Shown here piece by piece: positions 40,665 to 50,466 of a stretch of DNA of 64,000 nucleotides; position 1 is the stretch's first letter; each line of letters starts with the position of its first letter. The DNA is taken from positions 128,001-192,000 of the forward strand of contig JANRIL010000024.1 of the NCBI GenBank assembly GCA_033764955.1. Reading direction: 5' to 3'. This stretch comes from Cyanobacteriota bacterium. Lineage in GTDB: Bacteria; Cyanobacteriota; Cyanobacteriia; Thermostichales; Thermostichaceae. A program made the position numbers and the translations under genes. The notes under the pieces are model-generated. The model was not told the DNA's origin. It did no database searches and saw nothing but the letters and a program-made list of their open reading frames with translations.

Positions 40665-41702
40665 CTAACTATCATTAGTGGAGATTTGAGCTTGAATTTG
40701 ATCGAAAATAGCCCTCTGATCAAACATTTTTTTCTGGATTGTTGACCAGTCTCCAATATCATGAGCACTAAATAGGCGTTTCACCTCAGGAAACGTGGCC
40801 TGAAACTCTGCGGCGACTGAAGGATTTACAGGGCGAAAGCCAACTTTGGCAAATTCCCTTTGAGCAGTGGGGGTATAGAGGAATTGCACAAAGGCTTCGG
40901 CTGCTTCTCGCGTATTATGCTTATCCACATTTTTATCGACAACAGCTATCGGATTATCAACGGATATATTGACCGCTGGTATCACATAAGGCAAATTTTC
41001 CCCATTGAGTTGGGCTAAAATTACCTCGTTTTCATAAGTGATGAGAGCATCTCCCTGCTGTCGCTTAAAAAAGATATCCGTAGCCTCGCGGGCATCCCTG
41101 GGCAGAACCGGTACATTATCAAAAACTTGGCTGGCAAATGCAAAGGCGTCTGCTTCTCCACCCCCCTCTAACAATTGGGATCCCCAAAGCGCCAAAAAAT
41201 TCCAGCGAGCGCTCCCCGATGTTTTGGGATTGGGAGTGATCACATCCATATCGGGTCGGGTGAGATCAGCCCAATCCTCAATCTGTTTGGGATTGCCGGG
41301 TCGGGTCACAATCACACTCACCGATTGGGTGAGAATACCATCGCCATTAGGAGTTTCCGCCGCCCAGCCAGGGGCAATCAACCCCGCCGCCTCAATTTTT
41401 TCCACGTCCAGGGCTAGGGCTAAATGCACCACATCCGCTTCTAAGCCGTCAATGACCGCCCGTGCTTGACTGCCGGATCCCCCATAGCTCTGATAAATCA
41501 CCACCTCCTGCTGATGTTGCTGCCGCCAAGCTTCCTCAAACAAAGGAATGATCTCGTCATAGGCAGCTTTGGTAACGGCAAAAGAAGCCAATGTTAACTC
41601 AACGCGGGGCTGGGATCCGCATCCCACCACCAACCCCCACAGGCTGAGCAGAGATCCGATAGTGGTCAAAAAAGCTGGCAGGTGAAGCCAATGGCTGGAC
41701 AT
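40665..41702 (-). CDS. sbpA: Sulfate-binding protein
   Basis: QSYGGSGSQARAVIDGLEADVV; NPKTSGSARWNFLA; YENE. Confidence 0.95.
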   Translation of the reverse strand: MSSHWLHLPAFLTTIGSLLSLWGLVVGCGSQPRVELTLASFAVTKAAYDEIIPLFEEAWRQQHQQEVVIYQSYGGSGSQARAVIDGLEADVVHLALALDVEKIEAAGLIAPGWAAETPNGDGILTQSVSVIVTRPGNPKQIEDWADLTRPDMDVITPNPKTSGSARWNFLALWGSQLLEGGGEADAFAFASQVFDNVPVLPRDAREATDIFFKRQQGDALITYENEVILAQLNGENLPYVIPAVNISVDNPIAVVDKNVDKHNTREAAEAFVQFLYTPTAQREFAKVGFRPVNPSVAAEFQATFPEVKRLFSAHDIGDWSTIQKKMFDQRAIFDQIQAQISTNDS

Positions 41703-41821
41703 AACGGGTTGGAGTGTAGAGATTCTGGATAAGCAAGATACTACGGTAAGTTTATCGACTTACGAGACTAACTAAAAGCATAGACAAATCTTAGCAGTAC
41801 TCCAAAGCGATTACATTACAC

Positions 41822-43243
41822 TTGTACGCAAAACCTAGGCGAACCATAGGCAAACAAGTTGTCTGCCAAAAAAAATGTCTGGCAGAAAAGGAGCCGACAA
41901 AAACCGGGGATCCCTATGGAATAGCGGCAGCCAGCAGACTTTGGTTGACGGGATCCCAGGGATCAGAGAGATTGAATGAGGTGGCTGAGGCTGGAAGGAT
42001 GGGCAGTTGGTTCCGTTCATTGCGATTGTGGGTGGCGTTGCTGGTCACTCTATTGATGCTTTGGGGGGGAGATACACAGCTTAGTGCCACAGGAGAGACC
42101 CAAAGCCAAGTCACGACCTATCTCAACCAACTGGCGGCACAAGGGATCCCAACAACCCAGCAGGGGATATGGATACAAGCCAACGATCAGGTGCTTGTTG
42201 ATCACCAAGGGCGGATCCCTTTACCAGCGGCTTCCCTCACCAAAGTCGCCACCTCTCTCGCCAGTTTGGTCAGCCTGGGGTCAGACTACCGCTTTATCAC
42301 CACTTTGTCCGCTAACGGATCCGTAGCCAAGGGGGTTTTGCAGGGGGATCTGCTGGTGCAGGGATCCGCCGATCCATTTTTTGTTTGGGAAGATGCCATC
42401 GCCGTGGGTAACGCCCTGAATCAACTGGGTATTCGTCAGGTCACAGGTAACCTGGTGGTGGTGGGATCCTTCTATATGAATTTTTTCCCCGATCCCAAAA
42501 AGTCGGGATCCCTACTGCAGCAAGGCTTAAATAGCCAGCTTTGGCCCCCCGAAGCCGCCGCCCAGTTTCAAACCCTGCCTAGCTCAACCCCCCGCCCGCA
42601 GGTGGAGATTTTAGGCTCGGTTCAATGGGCTGCCTCCCCCCAAAAAGCCGCTCGACCTCTCCTGCAACACGCCTCTCTGCCCCTGGTGGAACTGGTAAAA
42701 CGGATGAATCTTTACAGCAACAATCTGATGGCTGACATGCTGGCCGATCATCTGGGAGGAGCCGCCGCCGTTGCCCAAATCGTTGCCCAACAAACGGGTC
42801 TGCCAACGGACGAAATTCAACTGGTGAATGGCTCTGGGTTAGGCGTCGATAATCGCCTCTCAGCTCGTGCAGCGGTGGCACTGTTTCTGGCGCTAGATCG
42901 CTATCTGACCGCTCACGATCTGACAGTGGCGGACGGGTTTGCTGTTGTTGGGCAGGATGAGGGGGTTTTGGAGAAACGCCTTTTACCAGCCCTGTTGGTG
43001 GCAAAATCTGGCACCCTCAACGGGGTCAGTACCCTAGCAGGTGCTCTCCCCACCCAAAATCAAGGGATCCTCTGGTTTGCCATTCTCAATCAGGGAGCCG
43101 ATTTAGTGGGATTGCGAACCGCCCAAGGACAACTGCTGCAAAATCTGCTCAAGGAATGGGGATCCCCAACCAGCTTGCCCGCCCAGCTCACCCCCCAATT
43201 TCCTGCCACCGACAAAACTACTCGCCTACAAAACCTGGGCTAA
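41822..43243 (+). CDS. D-Ala-D-Ala carboxypeptidase (peptidase S13)
   Basis: PAASLTK (SxxK); SNN; KSGTL; true start probably near 41999. Confidence 0.88.
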   Translation: MYAKPRRTIGKQVVCQKKCLAEKEPTKTGDPYGIAAASRLWLTGSQGSERLNEVAEAGRMGSWFRSLRLWVALLVTLLMLWGGDTQLSATGETQSQVTTYLNQLAAQGIPTTQQGIWIQANDQVLVDHQGRIPLPAASLTKVATSLASLVSLGSDYRFITTLSANGSVAKGVLQGDLLVQGSADPFFVWEDAIAVGNALNQLGIRQVTGNLVVVGSFYMNFFPDPKKSGSLLQQGLNSQLWPPEAAAQFQTLPSSTPRPQVEILGSVQWAASPQKAARPLLQHASLPLVELVKRMNLYSNNLMADMLADHLGGAAAVAQIVAQQTGLPTDEIQLVNGSGLGVDNRLSARAAVALFLALDRYLTAHDLTVADGFAVVGQDEGVLEKRLLPALLVAKSGTLNGVSTLAGALPTQNQGILWFAILNQGADLVGLRTAQGQLLQNLLKEWGSPTSLPAQLTPQFPATDKTTRLQNLG

Positions 43244-43256
43244 AACGGAGGAGCAA

Positions 43257-44447
43257 TTGACCAAGCGAGATGGCAGGTATGGAATGACTGGGCATTGGCT
43301 TGAATGGGGACTGTGGATCACGACAGGATCCCTGTTTTTTTTAAGTTTGTGGATCCTGATTCCGGCTCCTCTATTTAGCCTCTTGCCCTTGTCGGTGGGG
43401 GTTCCCGAACTCAGCCCCATCTTATGGTTGATCAGTTGGGGGGTGATGGGGCTAGTGGGACTGGCTATCTACACTGGCTACATAACTGGCTCTGGGCCAT
43501 TTTGGGTGGGGCTGGTAGCCTGGGGGATTTTCTCCATCCCCTTGGTCATGCTCCCCTCGACTATTCGCCATGCCGCAGACCTGCTCCAGCCGATGGCATC
43601 GGGATCCCAACCCTCTTTATCCATTCGATATCGCCTGACTGGTATTCCCCTACCTGCGATTGCCCCGGTGCGGGAAGAAGTATTTGCTCGCCCAGAGGGG
43701 ATCCCTCTCACTCTGCGAATCTATCGTCCTGGGGATGAGGCTATCCATCCTGGGGTGCTGGTGATTTATGGAGGGGCTTGGCAACGGGGATCGTCGGCAG
43801 ACAATGCTCAAGCCAACCAGTTTTTGGCCGGACAAGGTTACACGGTGATTGCCCTCGACTACCGTCATGCTCCCGCCTATCGGTTCCCGGCGGCACTTCA
43901 GGATGTCAAGAGAGGCTGGCAGTATGTCCAAGATCATGCGGTAGATCTCAAGGTCGATGTGCAGCGGATGGCTGTTATGGGTCGCTCAGCAGGGGGGCAT
44001 CTGGCGATGCTCTTAGCCTACCAAACCCACCCGTCACCATTTCGGGCGGTGGTTAATTTCTATGGCCCTGTGGATTTGGCAAGAGCCTATGCCCATCCTC
44101 CCCGTCCGGATCCCATCAATACCCGCGCCGTCCTGGAGGCATTCTTGGGGGGATCCCCAGCCGTCATGCCAGAGCGTTATCGACAGGCTTCTCCCATCCA
44201 TAGCGTCGGATCCCAGAAACCACCGACGTTGCTGATCTATGGCCGCCGCGATCACATTGTTCCCCCCCACTATGGCCGCCTGTTGGCACAACAGTTATCG
44301 GATCAAGGGAACTCAGCCTTCTTAGTTGAAATTCCCTGGGCGGATCATGCCTTTGATGCCGTATTTTCGGGACTCAGCTCCCAGCTCGCTCTGGAGACTA
44401 CCCGTTATTTTCTCTCCTCCACCCTTGTAGTGAACTACCCCTCCTGA
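43257..44447 (+). CDS. Membrane-anchored alpha/beta hydrolase
   Basis: YGGAW; DYRHAP; GRSAGGHL; D..VP; HAFD. Confidence 0.9.
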   Translation: MTKRDGRYGMTGHWLEWGLWITTGSLFFLSLWILIPAPLFSLLPLSVGVPELSPILWLISWGVMGLVGLAIYTGYITGSGPFWVGLVAWGIFSIPLVMLPSTIRHAADLLQPMASGSQPSLSIRYRLTGIPLPAIAPVREEVFARPEGIPLTLRIYRPGDEAIHPGVLVIYGGAWQRGSSADNAQANQFLAGQGYTVIALDYRHAPAYRFPAALQDVKRGWQYVQDHAVDLKVDVQRMAVMGRSAGGHLAMLLAYQTHPSPFRAVVNFYGPVDLARAYAHPPRPDPINTRAVLEAFLGGSPAVMPERYRQASPIHSVGSQKPPTLLIYGRRDHIVPPHYGRLLAQQLSDQGNSAFLVEIPWADHAFDAVFSGLSSQLALETTRYFLSSTLVVNYPS

Positions 44448-44597
44448 TCGGCTCATCCACTAAAGGGGTGAGAGGGAATGAACGATGGAAAGAATGGAGT
44501 CAGAAGGACATGACGGCTTGAGGGCTGTAAGGGGTGAGTTGTAGGCAGCGGGATGCCTCTAGATAAAGACCCGCGAGGGATTCCCTTGGCTTATTCT

Positions 44598-45281
44598 TCA
44601 CCCTTTCTGCACATCCAAAATCCAGGCATAGTAAAAGCGGGCATTGACGGTGGCTTTTTGCTGAACCTGCCAGCCCAGTTGCGACAGTTTACCCACTAGG
44701 GCGGCTTCGCGGTGTTGATAGGCACGGGTGGCTTTGCTCGGCCCAGGAAAAAACTCCCCAATTTTTTTCAAGATCTTCAAGAGGGGGGTGCTGGGGGCAA
44801 AACTAAAAATCAAGCGAGAGCGGGATAATCCCACCAATTTCTCTAACATTCGCAGGGAATCCGCCTCTGGGTAGTGAATCATCACATCCAGGCACACTAC
44901 CGTATCAAAAGAACCCTGAATCGCCTCCAGATCGACAACACTGAACTGCGGATTGTCGGTTTGCCCCAAAACTTCTGATTGACGACGGCGAGCTTCCCCC
45001 ACCATCTGCTCAGAAATATCGCTGGCTACTACCCGCGCCCCCCGTGCCGCTAGAGGAATGCTCAGGCTGCCCACCCCACACCCAGCATCGGCAATGGATT
45101 GACCCTGTAGATTCTCTCCCAACCAACCCAAAACAATCTCCACCGTTTGGGCATGTCCCTGGCGAATCGACTGCTGTACCCAGTTGACGGGATCCTCCCC
45201 ATAAATGCGTCGCCACCGCTCAAAGCCGAGGGAATTGAAATAGTTGCGAACGACCGCTTTTTCTTCCATGCGTCCTTCCAT
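44598..45281 (-). CDS. chlM: Mg-protoporphyrin IX methyltransferase
   Basis: YFNSLGFERWRRIYG; DAGCGVGSL; CLDVMIHYP; FPGPSKATRAY. Confidence 0.96.
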   Translation of the reverse strand: MEGRMEEKAVVRNYFNSLGFERWRRIYGEDPVNWVQQSIRQGHAQTVEIVLGWLGENLQGQSIADAGCGVGSLSIPLAARGARVVASDISEQMVGEARRRQSEVLGQTDNPQFSVVDLEAIQGSFDTVVCLDVMIHYPEADSLRMLEKLVGLSRSRLIFSFAPSTPLLKILKKIGEFFPGPSKATRAYQHREAALVGKLSQLGWQVQQKATVNARFYYAWILDVQKG

Positions 45282-45344
45282 GCGCTAACCAGGGATTCCC
45301 CCCCTCCACCAACCATGCGGGTCATTCTATCAGTCAATCGCCCG

Positions 45345-45620
45345 TCAATAGGATTTGGCCTGTTGATCAATCTGGCACCACAACCATTGTTCTCCCAGTT
45401 CAGCGGAGCTAATTACCGGATGTCCGGTGGCTTGGTAGTGATGGCGGGCGTGTTGGTGGGGAGACGAATCACAACAAAGCATCTTGCCGCAGCTTTGACA
45501 AATGCGGAGATGCACCCAGCGCCCGTTAATCGGCAAACAATCTTCACAGCGAAAGCTGGCAAAGTTGGACTTGGGGATGATGGTTTCGGCGGTTAAGCCA
45601 TTCAGATGTTGACAGCTCAT
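45345..45620 (-). CDS. UBP-type zinc finger protein
   Basis: CEDC...WVHLRICQSCG..CCDSSP..HARHH. Confidence 0.88.
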   Translation of the reverse strand: MSCQHLNGLTAETIIPKSNFASFRCEDCLPINGRWVHLRICQSCGKMLCCDSSPHQHARHHYQATGHPVISSAELGEQWLWCQIDQQAKSY

Positions 45621-45821
45621 AGAGACCTTCAGAAATAGGGATTTGCCAAATATAAGCGGCTGACCAAAGAAAGTGAGTGGGCACAATAGGTAAAGTTGCT
45701 GAAGGAGAGAAAGATCCTATACCATCCTTTTAAGGGAGATTGCTGAGGGATCCCCTTCCCGTCTCTATTCAAAAAGCTATTTGAACCCGTTCACTCTCCC
45801 CCAGGTGTAGACTGAAGCAAA

Positions 45822-46499
45822 GTGATTTTGTCCTGGTGTGCTAGCCCTACTTTCGCCAATCCAGAGTATCTCATGACCGAAACTGAAATCACTCAAGTCC
45901 TCCAGAAAGACCTTTCCGGCTTCAGCATTAAACCTGCTGTTAAGCAACGCCAGAAGCACCTGCATGTGTTACTGATTCGTCCTGATGGATCCCAAGTTGA
46001 CTACCCTGGCCTGACGCAACGGGTACAAACCAGCCTGCAAAGTTTGCCATTGACTGCCGTGGAGCGGGTAACGGTCTATGGTCGGCTGGTGGGGGGCAAA
46101 GACTATGAATGGGAGAACTCCTTCAATTTAGGAGGTTCGAGAGGCGATGGGGGGGAATCCACGGTTTTTTATGATGATCGCACTTTGGCCTACGGCAATC
46201 GTTTTGATGGGGGCCAAACTCTGATGGCGGATGACGATGATTCGCCCACCCAGGTTTATCAACCCTCGATGCCCATGTCCAGGGGAGTAGACCCTTCCGA
46301 TCACACCCTCGTGGCTCCTGATCCGCAAAGACCGGCTCCGGGCATCAGCATCCCCCAAGTTGTCCAGCCAGAGGTTCCTTCCCGTTCTGGGAATCGCTCC
46401 TCCAAAGGGGGACGCAACCAGCAGATGATGATCATGATAGGGGTAGGGATCGCGGCGGCTGTGCTGGTTTTGGTCTTGTTTTTGGTGTTGAGAGGCTAA
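45822..46499 (+). CDS. Hypothetical protein with C-terminal TM anchor
   Basis: Globular N-terminus (VYGR..W), low-complexity linker, TM tail. Confidence 0.7.
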   Translation: MILSWCASPTFANPEYLMTETEITQVLQKDLSGFSIKPAVKQRQKHLHVLLIRPDGSQVDYPGLTQRVQTSLQSLPLTAVERVTVYGRLVGGKDYEWENSFNLGGSRGDGGESTVFYDDRTLAYGNRFDGGQTLMADDDDSPTQVYQPSMPMSRGVDPSDHTLVAPDPQRPAPGISIPQVVQPEVPSRSGNRSSKGGRNQQMMIMIGVGIAAAVLVLVLFLVLRG

Positions 46500-46555
46500 C
46501 TGGGATCCGGATCCCTACCGGAATCAAGACATGCCCCCACAACAAGGTTTTGCCC

Positions 46556-47698
46556 TTATCCCCAGGGGATCTGCGCCATGATTTGGTTGGGATGGAGGGG
46601 AGAAGGCAGGTGGCTGGGATCCCCCATCAGCAGGCAGCGGTCGCTGGGTTGGATCTGCCAATGGACAGGCGAGGGATCCCCTACGTAATCGGGATCCCCA
46701 TGAAAACGTAGGCGAGCCAGCACCTCCAGGAGGCGGTCTAGGTGGGCGGCTCCGCTGCCAAAAGGGGTGCGTCCATCCAAGGTGACTAAGGCTAGCGGAT
46801 AGCCCTGCTGCACAAGACTTTGGGCAATGCCCGCTGCCACGGAAATTCCCTGTTCTAGCCGTTGACGATACTGGCTCGGATCGCGGCGGGCGGCTAAAGA
46901 ATCCCACTGGTTGAGCAAACAGAGGGTAATAGCTTGACTATCCTGTTGCTCCAGTTCGCGGGCAATCAGTTGATCCCGTTTGGCGGAAATCTTCCAATGG
47001 ACGGCACGGATGTCTTCGTGGCTGCGATGTTCCCGCAGTCCCCAAAAATCTCCCTCTTTTCCGGCCAGCGGGCGAGATTGGGATCCCTGACTCCAACGGC
47101 TCAAGAGGGGTAGGGGGGGCGGGGGGGCGGCTTGGGGATAGACGACGACTTCCACAGGTTGATCAATGCCGATACGCTTGCGAAATAGTTCAAACGGAAA
47201 GGAAGTGGACAGCAAAAAACCTTCCACAGACCAAACCCCCCGCTGAGGAAAGGTATGGGAGTAATAGGCAGTGGCGGCGCTGTTGGCATTCACCTGCAAA
47301 AAATACACCCCCGGCCAATCAGCTTCGGCGAGAGGGGAAATGCGGTCATTCACCCCCACCGAAAAGCTGGGAAAGTGGCGTTTCCGGTTGTAGAGGGTAA
47401 TGGCCACCAAAATAGGCTGACCGGCGACGATGCGGTTAGGCCATTGTCGTTCTACATGCAGGTGGCGCAAGACGGTTTCCGAGACCATGCCGCTCAAAAC
47501 AATCAGGCTGAGCATCATGCCAAATAACAAGTAGAGGGGATTGTTGCCCGTATTAAAAGCCGCAATACTGACCAGGATGGTGATGCCCGTAAAAATTTTC
47601 CCCACCCGCGTATAGCGAGGCACCCGAAAGCGCCCCCGTTGGGGTTGAGGGAGCCGTTTAGCCGGGGACTGGGTATGGAGGGATCCCTCTGCCCTCAT
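46556..47698 (-). CDS. DUF58 protein
   Basis: AAFNTGNN; FPF; LREH..EDIRAVHWKISAK; overlaps the moxR stop. Confidence 0.9.
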   Translation of the reverse strand: MRAEGSLHTQSPAKRLPQPQRGRFRVPRYTRVGKIFTGITILVSIAAFNTGNNPLYLLFGMMLSLIVLSGMVSETVLRHLHVERQWPNRIVAGQPILVAITLYNRKRHFPSFSVGVNDRISPLAEADWPGVYFLQVNANSAATAYYSHTFPQRGVWSVEGFLLSTSFPFELFRKRIGIDQPVEVVVYPQAAPPPPLPLLSRWSQGSQSRPLAGKEGDFWGLREHRSHEDIRAVHWKISAKRDQLIARELEQQDSQAITLCLLNQWDSLAARRDPSQYRQRLEQGISVAAGIAQSLVQQGYPLALVTLDGRTPFGSGAAHLDRLLEVLARLRFHGDPDYVGDPSPVHWQIQPSDRCLLMGDPSHLPSPLHPNQIMAQIPWG

Positions 47699-48711
47699 AC
47701 AGGCACCTCAATACTGGCCACAATATCTTGAATCACCGCTTCGGCATCCGCACGGCCACTCGGCAAGCCATTGCCAGATCCGGTCAGAGCAAGGCGGTGA
47801 GCTAACACCGGAACCAGTAAGACCGTGACATCATCGGGAATGCAATAGTTTCTACCCATAACCAGAGCGTGGGCACGAGCCGCCCTCGCTAGAGCTAACG
47901 CCCCCCGTGTAGAAACCCCCGCCCGCAGAAGGGGAGAAAGACGGGTAGCCTGAACGACCTGCAACAGATAGTCTGCTAGCGAATCATCTAGGCGGATCTG
48001 ATCCACTAATGCCTGAATGGCGCGCAGGCTGGCTAGAGATAACACGGGTTGCAGAGACTCCACAGGTTCCGCCTGTTTACGCTCCAGCAGGAGGGTGCGC
48101 TCAATCGCCAGATCGGGATAGCCAATCGAGAGCCGCAACAAAAATCGATCCAACTGACTTTCGGGTAGGGGATAGGTGCCGTGATACTCCAACGGATTTT
48201 GGGTGGCTAACACCATAAACGGATCCGGCAAGGGATGGGTCTGATCATCAATCGACACGCGACTTTCTGCCATAGCCTCTAGCAACGCGCTTTGGGTGCG
48301 GGGGGAGGTACGGTTGATTTCGTCCGCCAAGATGACGTGGGCAAAGATCGGACCGGGCCGAAAGGTAAACTGGCGAGTGTCTTTGTCGTAAAGGGTGATG
48401 CCCAAAATATCGGTGGGCAACAGATCGCTGGTAAATTGGATACGCTGAAAGTCGGCTCCTAAACTGCGGGCGAGGGCTTGAGCCAGGGTGGTTTTGCCGA
48501 CTCCGGGGACATCTTCCAACAACAGATGACCACGAGCCATCAAAGCGGTCACCACCAAACGCACCACCTGCGGCTTGCCCAAAAAAACGGATTCGATATT
48601 GGCGATCAGTTGCTGAATGTGCAGGTTGATCGACTCAGGCGTTGTGGGCAATGCCTCCTTGAGGGGAGAAGCCAAATCGAGTGGAGAAACATCACCAGGC
48701 ATGGGATCCAA
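47695..48711 (-). CDS. MoxR-family AAA ATPase
   Basis: EDVPGVGKT; RIQFTSDLLPTD; ADEINR; ATQNP; LPESQLDRF. Confidence 0.95.
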   Translation of the reverse strand: MDPMPGDVSPLDLASPLKEALPTTPESINLHIQQLIANIESVFLGKPQVVRLVVTALMARGHLLLEDVPGVGKTTLAQALARSLGADFQRIQFTSDLLPTDILGITLYDKDTRQFTFRPGPIFAHVILADEINRTSPRTQSALLEAMAESRVSIDDQTHPLPDPFMVLATQNPLEYHGTYPLPESQLDRFLLRLSIGYPDLAIERTLLLERKQAEPVESLQPVLSLASLRAIQALVDQIRLDDSLADYLLQVVQATRLSPLLRAGVSTRGALALARAARAHALVMGRNYCIPDDVTVLLVPVLAHRLALTGSGNGLPSGRADAEAVIQDIVASIEVPV

Positions 48712-48957
48712 ACCAGAAGCACTGCCTACACGATACTAAAGAATCCTCCTCAGCATTGCCAATCTGCTTAGCTTTTGGATCGGTATCCCTTTAGGATCCC
48801 CAGCCGCAGCGGTTAAGGTTAGGATCAATATCCTGCCGCAAGTATCAGGATAGGGTGGAAAAAGGGATCCCATTCCCCTCCCCAGCCCTATTTGCCGAAG
48901 GGAAGCCATCTTTAGTTATTTGTCAACCTGTCTATCCACATCTTTACAGAGAACCGA

Positions 48958-49752
48958 ATGTTGAAGCGAATTTTTGGGAATCGGCGGCGGATTGCCCGCA
49001 TTGAGGTGATTGGGCCTATCGACAGCAAGATGCGCCAGAAGGTTCTCAAGTCCCTCAAGGATATTGAGAAGGAAGAATTTCCCGCGTTAGTGTTGCGGAT
49101 TGATAGTCCTGGCGGAACGGTGGCGGACTCGCAGGAAATTCATCAAGCCCTCAAACACCTACAAAGTAAAGGCATTAAAGTCTTAGCCAGCTTTGGCAAC
49201 ATCTCCGCCTCCGGTGGAATTTATATTGCGATGGGAGCCGAAAAAATTGTCTCTAACCCTGGCACGATTACGGGCAGTATTGGCGTGATTATTCGCGGCA
49301 ACAATATCGAGAAGCTATTAGAAAAAGTGGGGATTTCCTTTAAGGTGATTAAATCAGGCCCCTATAAAGATATTCTTTCTTTTGATCGAGAGCTAAGTGC
49401 CGAAGAACAATCGATTTTGCAGGAGTTAATTGATATTACCTACAGTCAGTTTGTCCAGACGGTGGCCGAAGCCCGCCATCTGACGATCAATGGGGTCAAA
49501 ACCTTCGCGGATGGGCGTATTTTTAGCGGAGAGCAGGCTCTCGCTATGGGCATTGTGGATCGCTTGGGCAGCGAAGAAGATACCCGTCTCTGGGCTGCGG
49601 AATTAGCCGGATTGGATCCCGACACCAAATTTGTGGATATCATGCCAAAGTCTGGTCCTTTTTCTCGTTTTCTGCCTGCTCAAGCCTTCTTTGATCGCTG
49701 TCAGTTTGAGATCTCTACCAGTGGCATTCCCCTTTGGCTCTATCAGGGGTAA
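48958..49752 (+). CDS. sppA: Signal peptide peptidase SppA (short, S49)
   Basis: RIDSPGG; ASGGIY; TGSIGV; KSGPYKD; DGRIFSG. Confidence 0.93.
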   Translation: MLKRIFGNRRRIARIEVIGPIDSKMRQKVLKSLKDIEKEEFPALVLRIDSPGGTVADSQEIHQALKHLQSKGIKVLASFGNISASGGIYIAMGAEKIVSNPGTITGSIGVIIRGNNIEKLLEKVGISFKVIKSGPYKDILSFDRELSAEEQSILQELIDITYSQFVQTVAEARHLTINGVKTFADGRIFSGEQALAMGIVDRLGSEEDTRLWAAELAGLDPDTKFVDIMPKSGPFSRFLPAQAFFDRCQFEISTSGIPLWLYQG

Positions 49753-49930
49753 CTGTCAACTTGAACGGGTTCTCACCAGAGGGATCCCCTATCCATGAAG
49801 ACTTCTATTCATGAAGACTTCTAACATTTTTTGAGGAGATGAAGAGAGTCCCTGGAATGTTCAGATGGCACTAAGTTAGCCTAGGGTTGTAGATAGCTAA
49901 TTGCATAACCATGATCAATAACCATGATCC

Positions 49931-50260
49931 ATGATCATCTGTATGGGAGCGTGTTTTATGAGCATTTATCTGCATTGGCAACGCCATGATGGACATTTTT
50001 GGGATGCCGGGATCCCCTTTTTAGAGGCATTGGTGATGAAATCGGAAGACTCGGTTTCCCCCAATGAACAGCCCACTCATTCCGAAGTGCTGGCGTCATT
50101 GGGCGAGATTTCGGAATGGAAATTGCAGGATCATCTAACCTGTGCCTGGTTTTGGCACAAAGCCCATGATCGGCTGGATCGGCTGGCTCTCGACCAAGAA
50201 ACCACTAGCAAGCTGGTTACCGAGATGGCTCATACGGTTCCCTACACAGGACGCTGCTAA
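49931..50260 (+). CDS. Hypothetical protein
   Basis: 109-aa ORF filling the intergenic space; start uncertain. Confidence 0.5.
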   Translation: MIICMGACFMSIYLHWQRHDGHFWDAGIPFLEALVMKSEDSVSPNEQPTHSEVLASLGEISEWKLQDHLTCAWFWHKAHDRLDRLALDQETTSKLVTEMAHTVPYTGRC

Positions 50261-50295
50261 GTTGGATCCCATCTGCCGTCCCTGGCATCCACACC

Positions 50296-50466
50296 CAAGC
50301 CTAAGGTATTCTGGGTGCCAGACCTAGCGAGTGCTGGTAGGCGGAAGGGATGCGAACCCCGTCAGTTAGGATACACACGACGATGCCGATATCGTCACCT
50401 ATATCCTTTCCCTCCGGCAACCCACAGGCTGTTAGGTGATCACCGGTTGCAGGAGCAGTTGGCTTG
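50296..50466 (+). ncRNA. Long rod-like structured RNA, candidate 6S RNA
   Basis: Nested pairings CAAGCC/GGCTTG, ACCTAGC/GTTAGGT, TGCTGG/CCGGCA, GGAAGGGAT/ATCCTTTCC, GACGAT/ATCGTC, with G-U pairs favouring the + strand. Confidence 0.45.

Noticed and set aside
33197..41702. pstC without pstSAB, and the sulfate operon without cysA
   Set aside because: Split ABC operons are common in cyanobacteria; partners are probably elsewhere
41738..41765. Possible sulfur-regulator site upstream of sbpA (CTACGGTAAGTTTATCGACTT)
   Set aside because: Single copy and weak symmetry; cannot be supported without comparative data
49794..49937. Short tandem duplications (CATGAAGACTTCTA x2; AACCATGATC repeats) as a possible CRISPR array
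   Set aside because: Too short, with no spacers and no cas genes; no CRISPR array seen in the window
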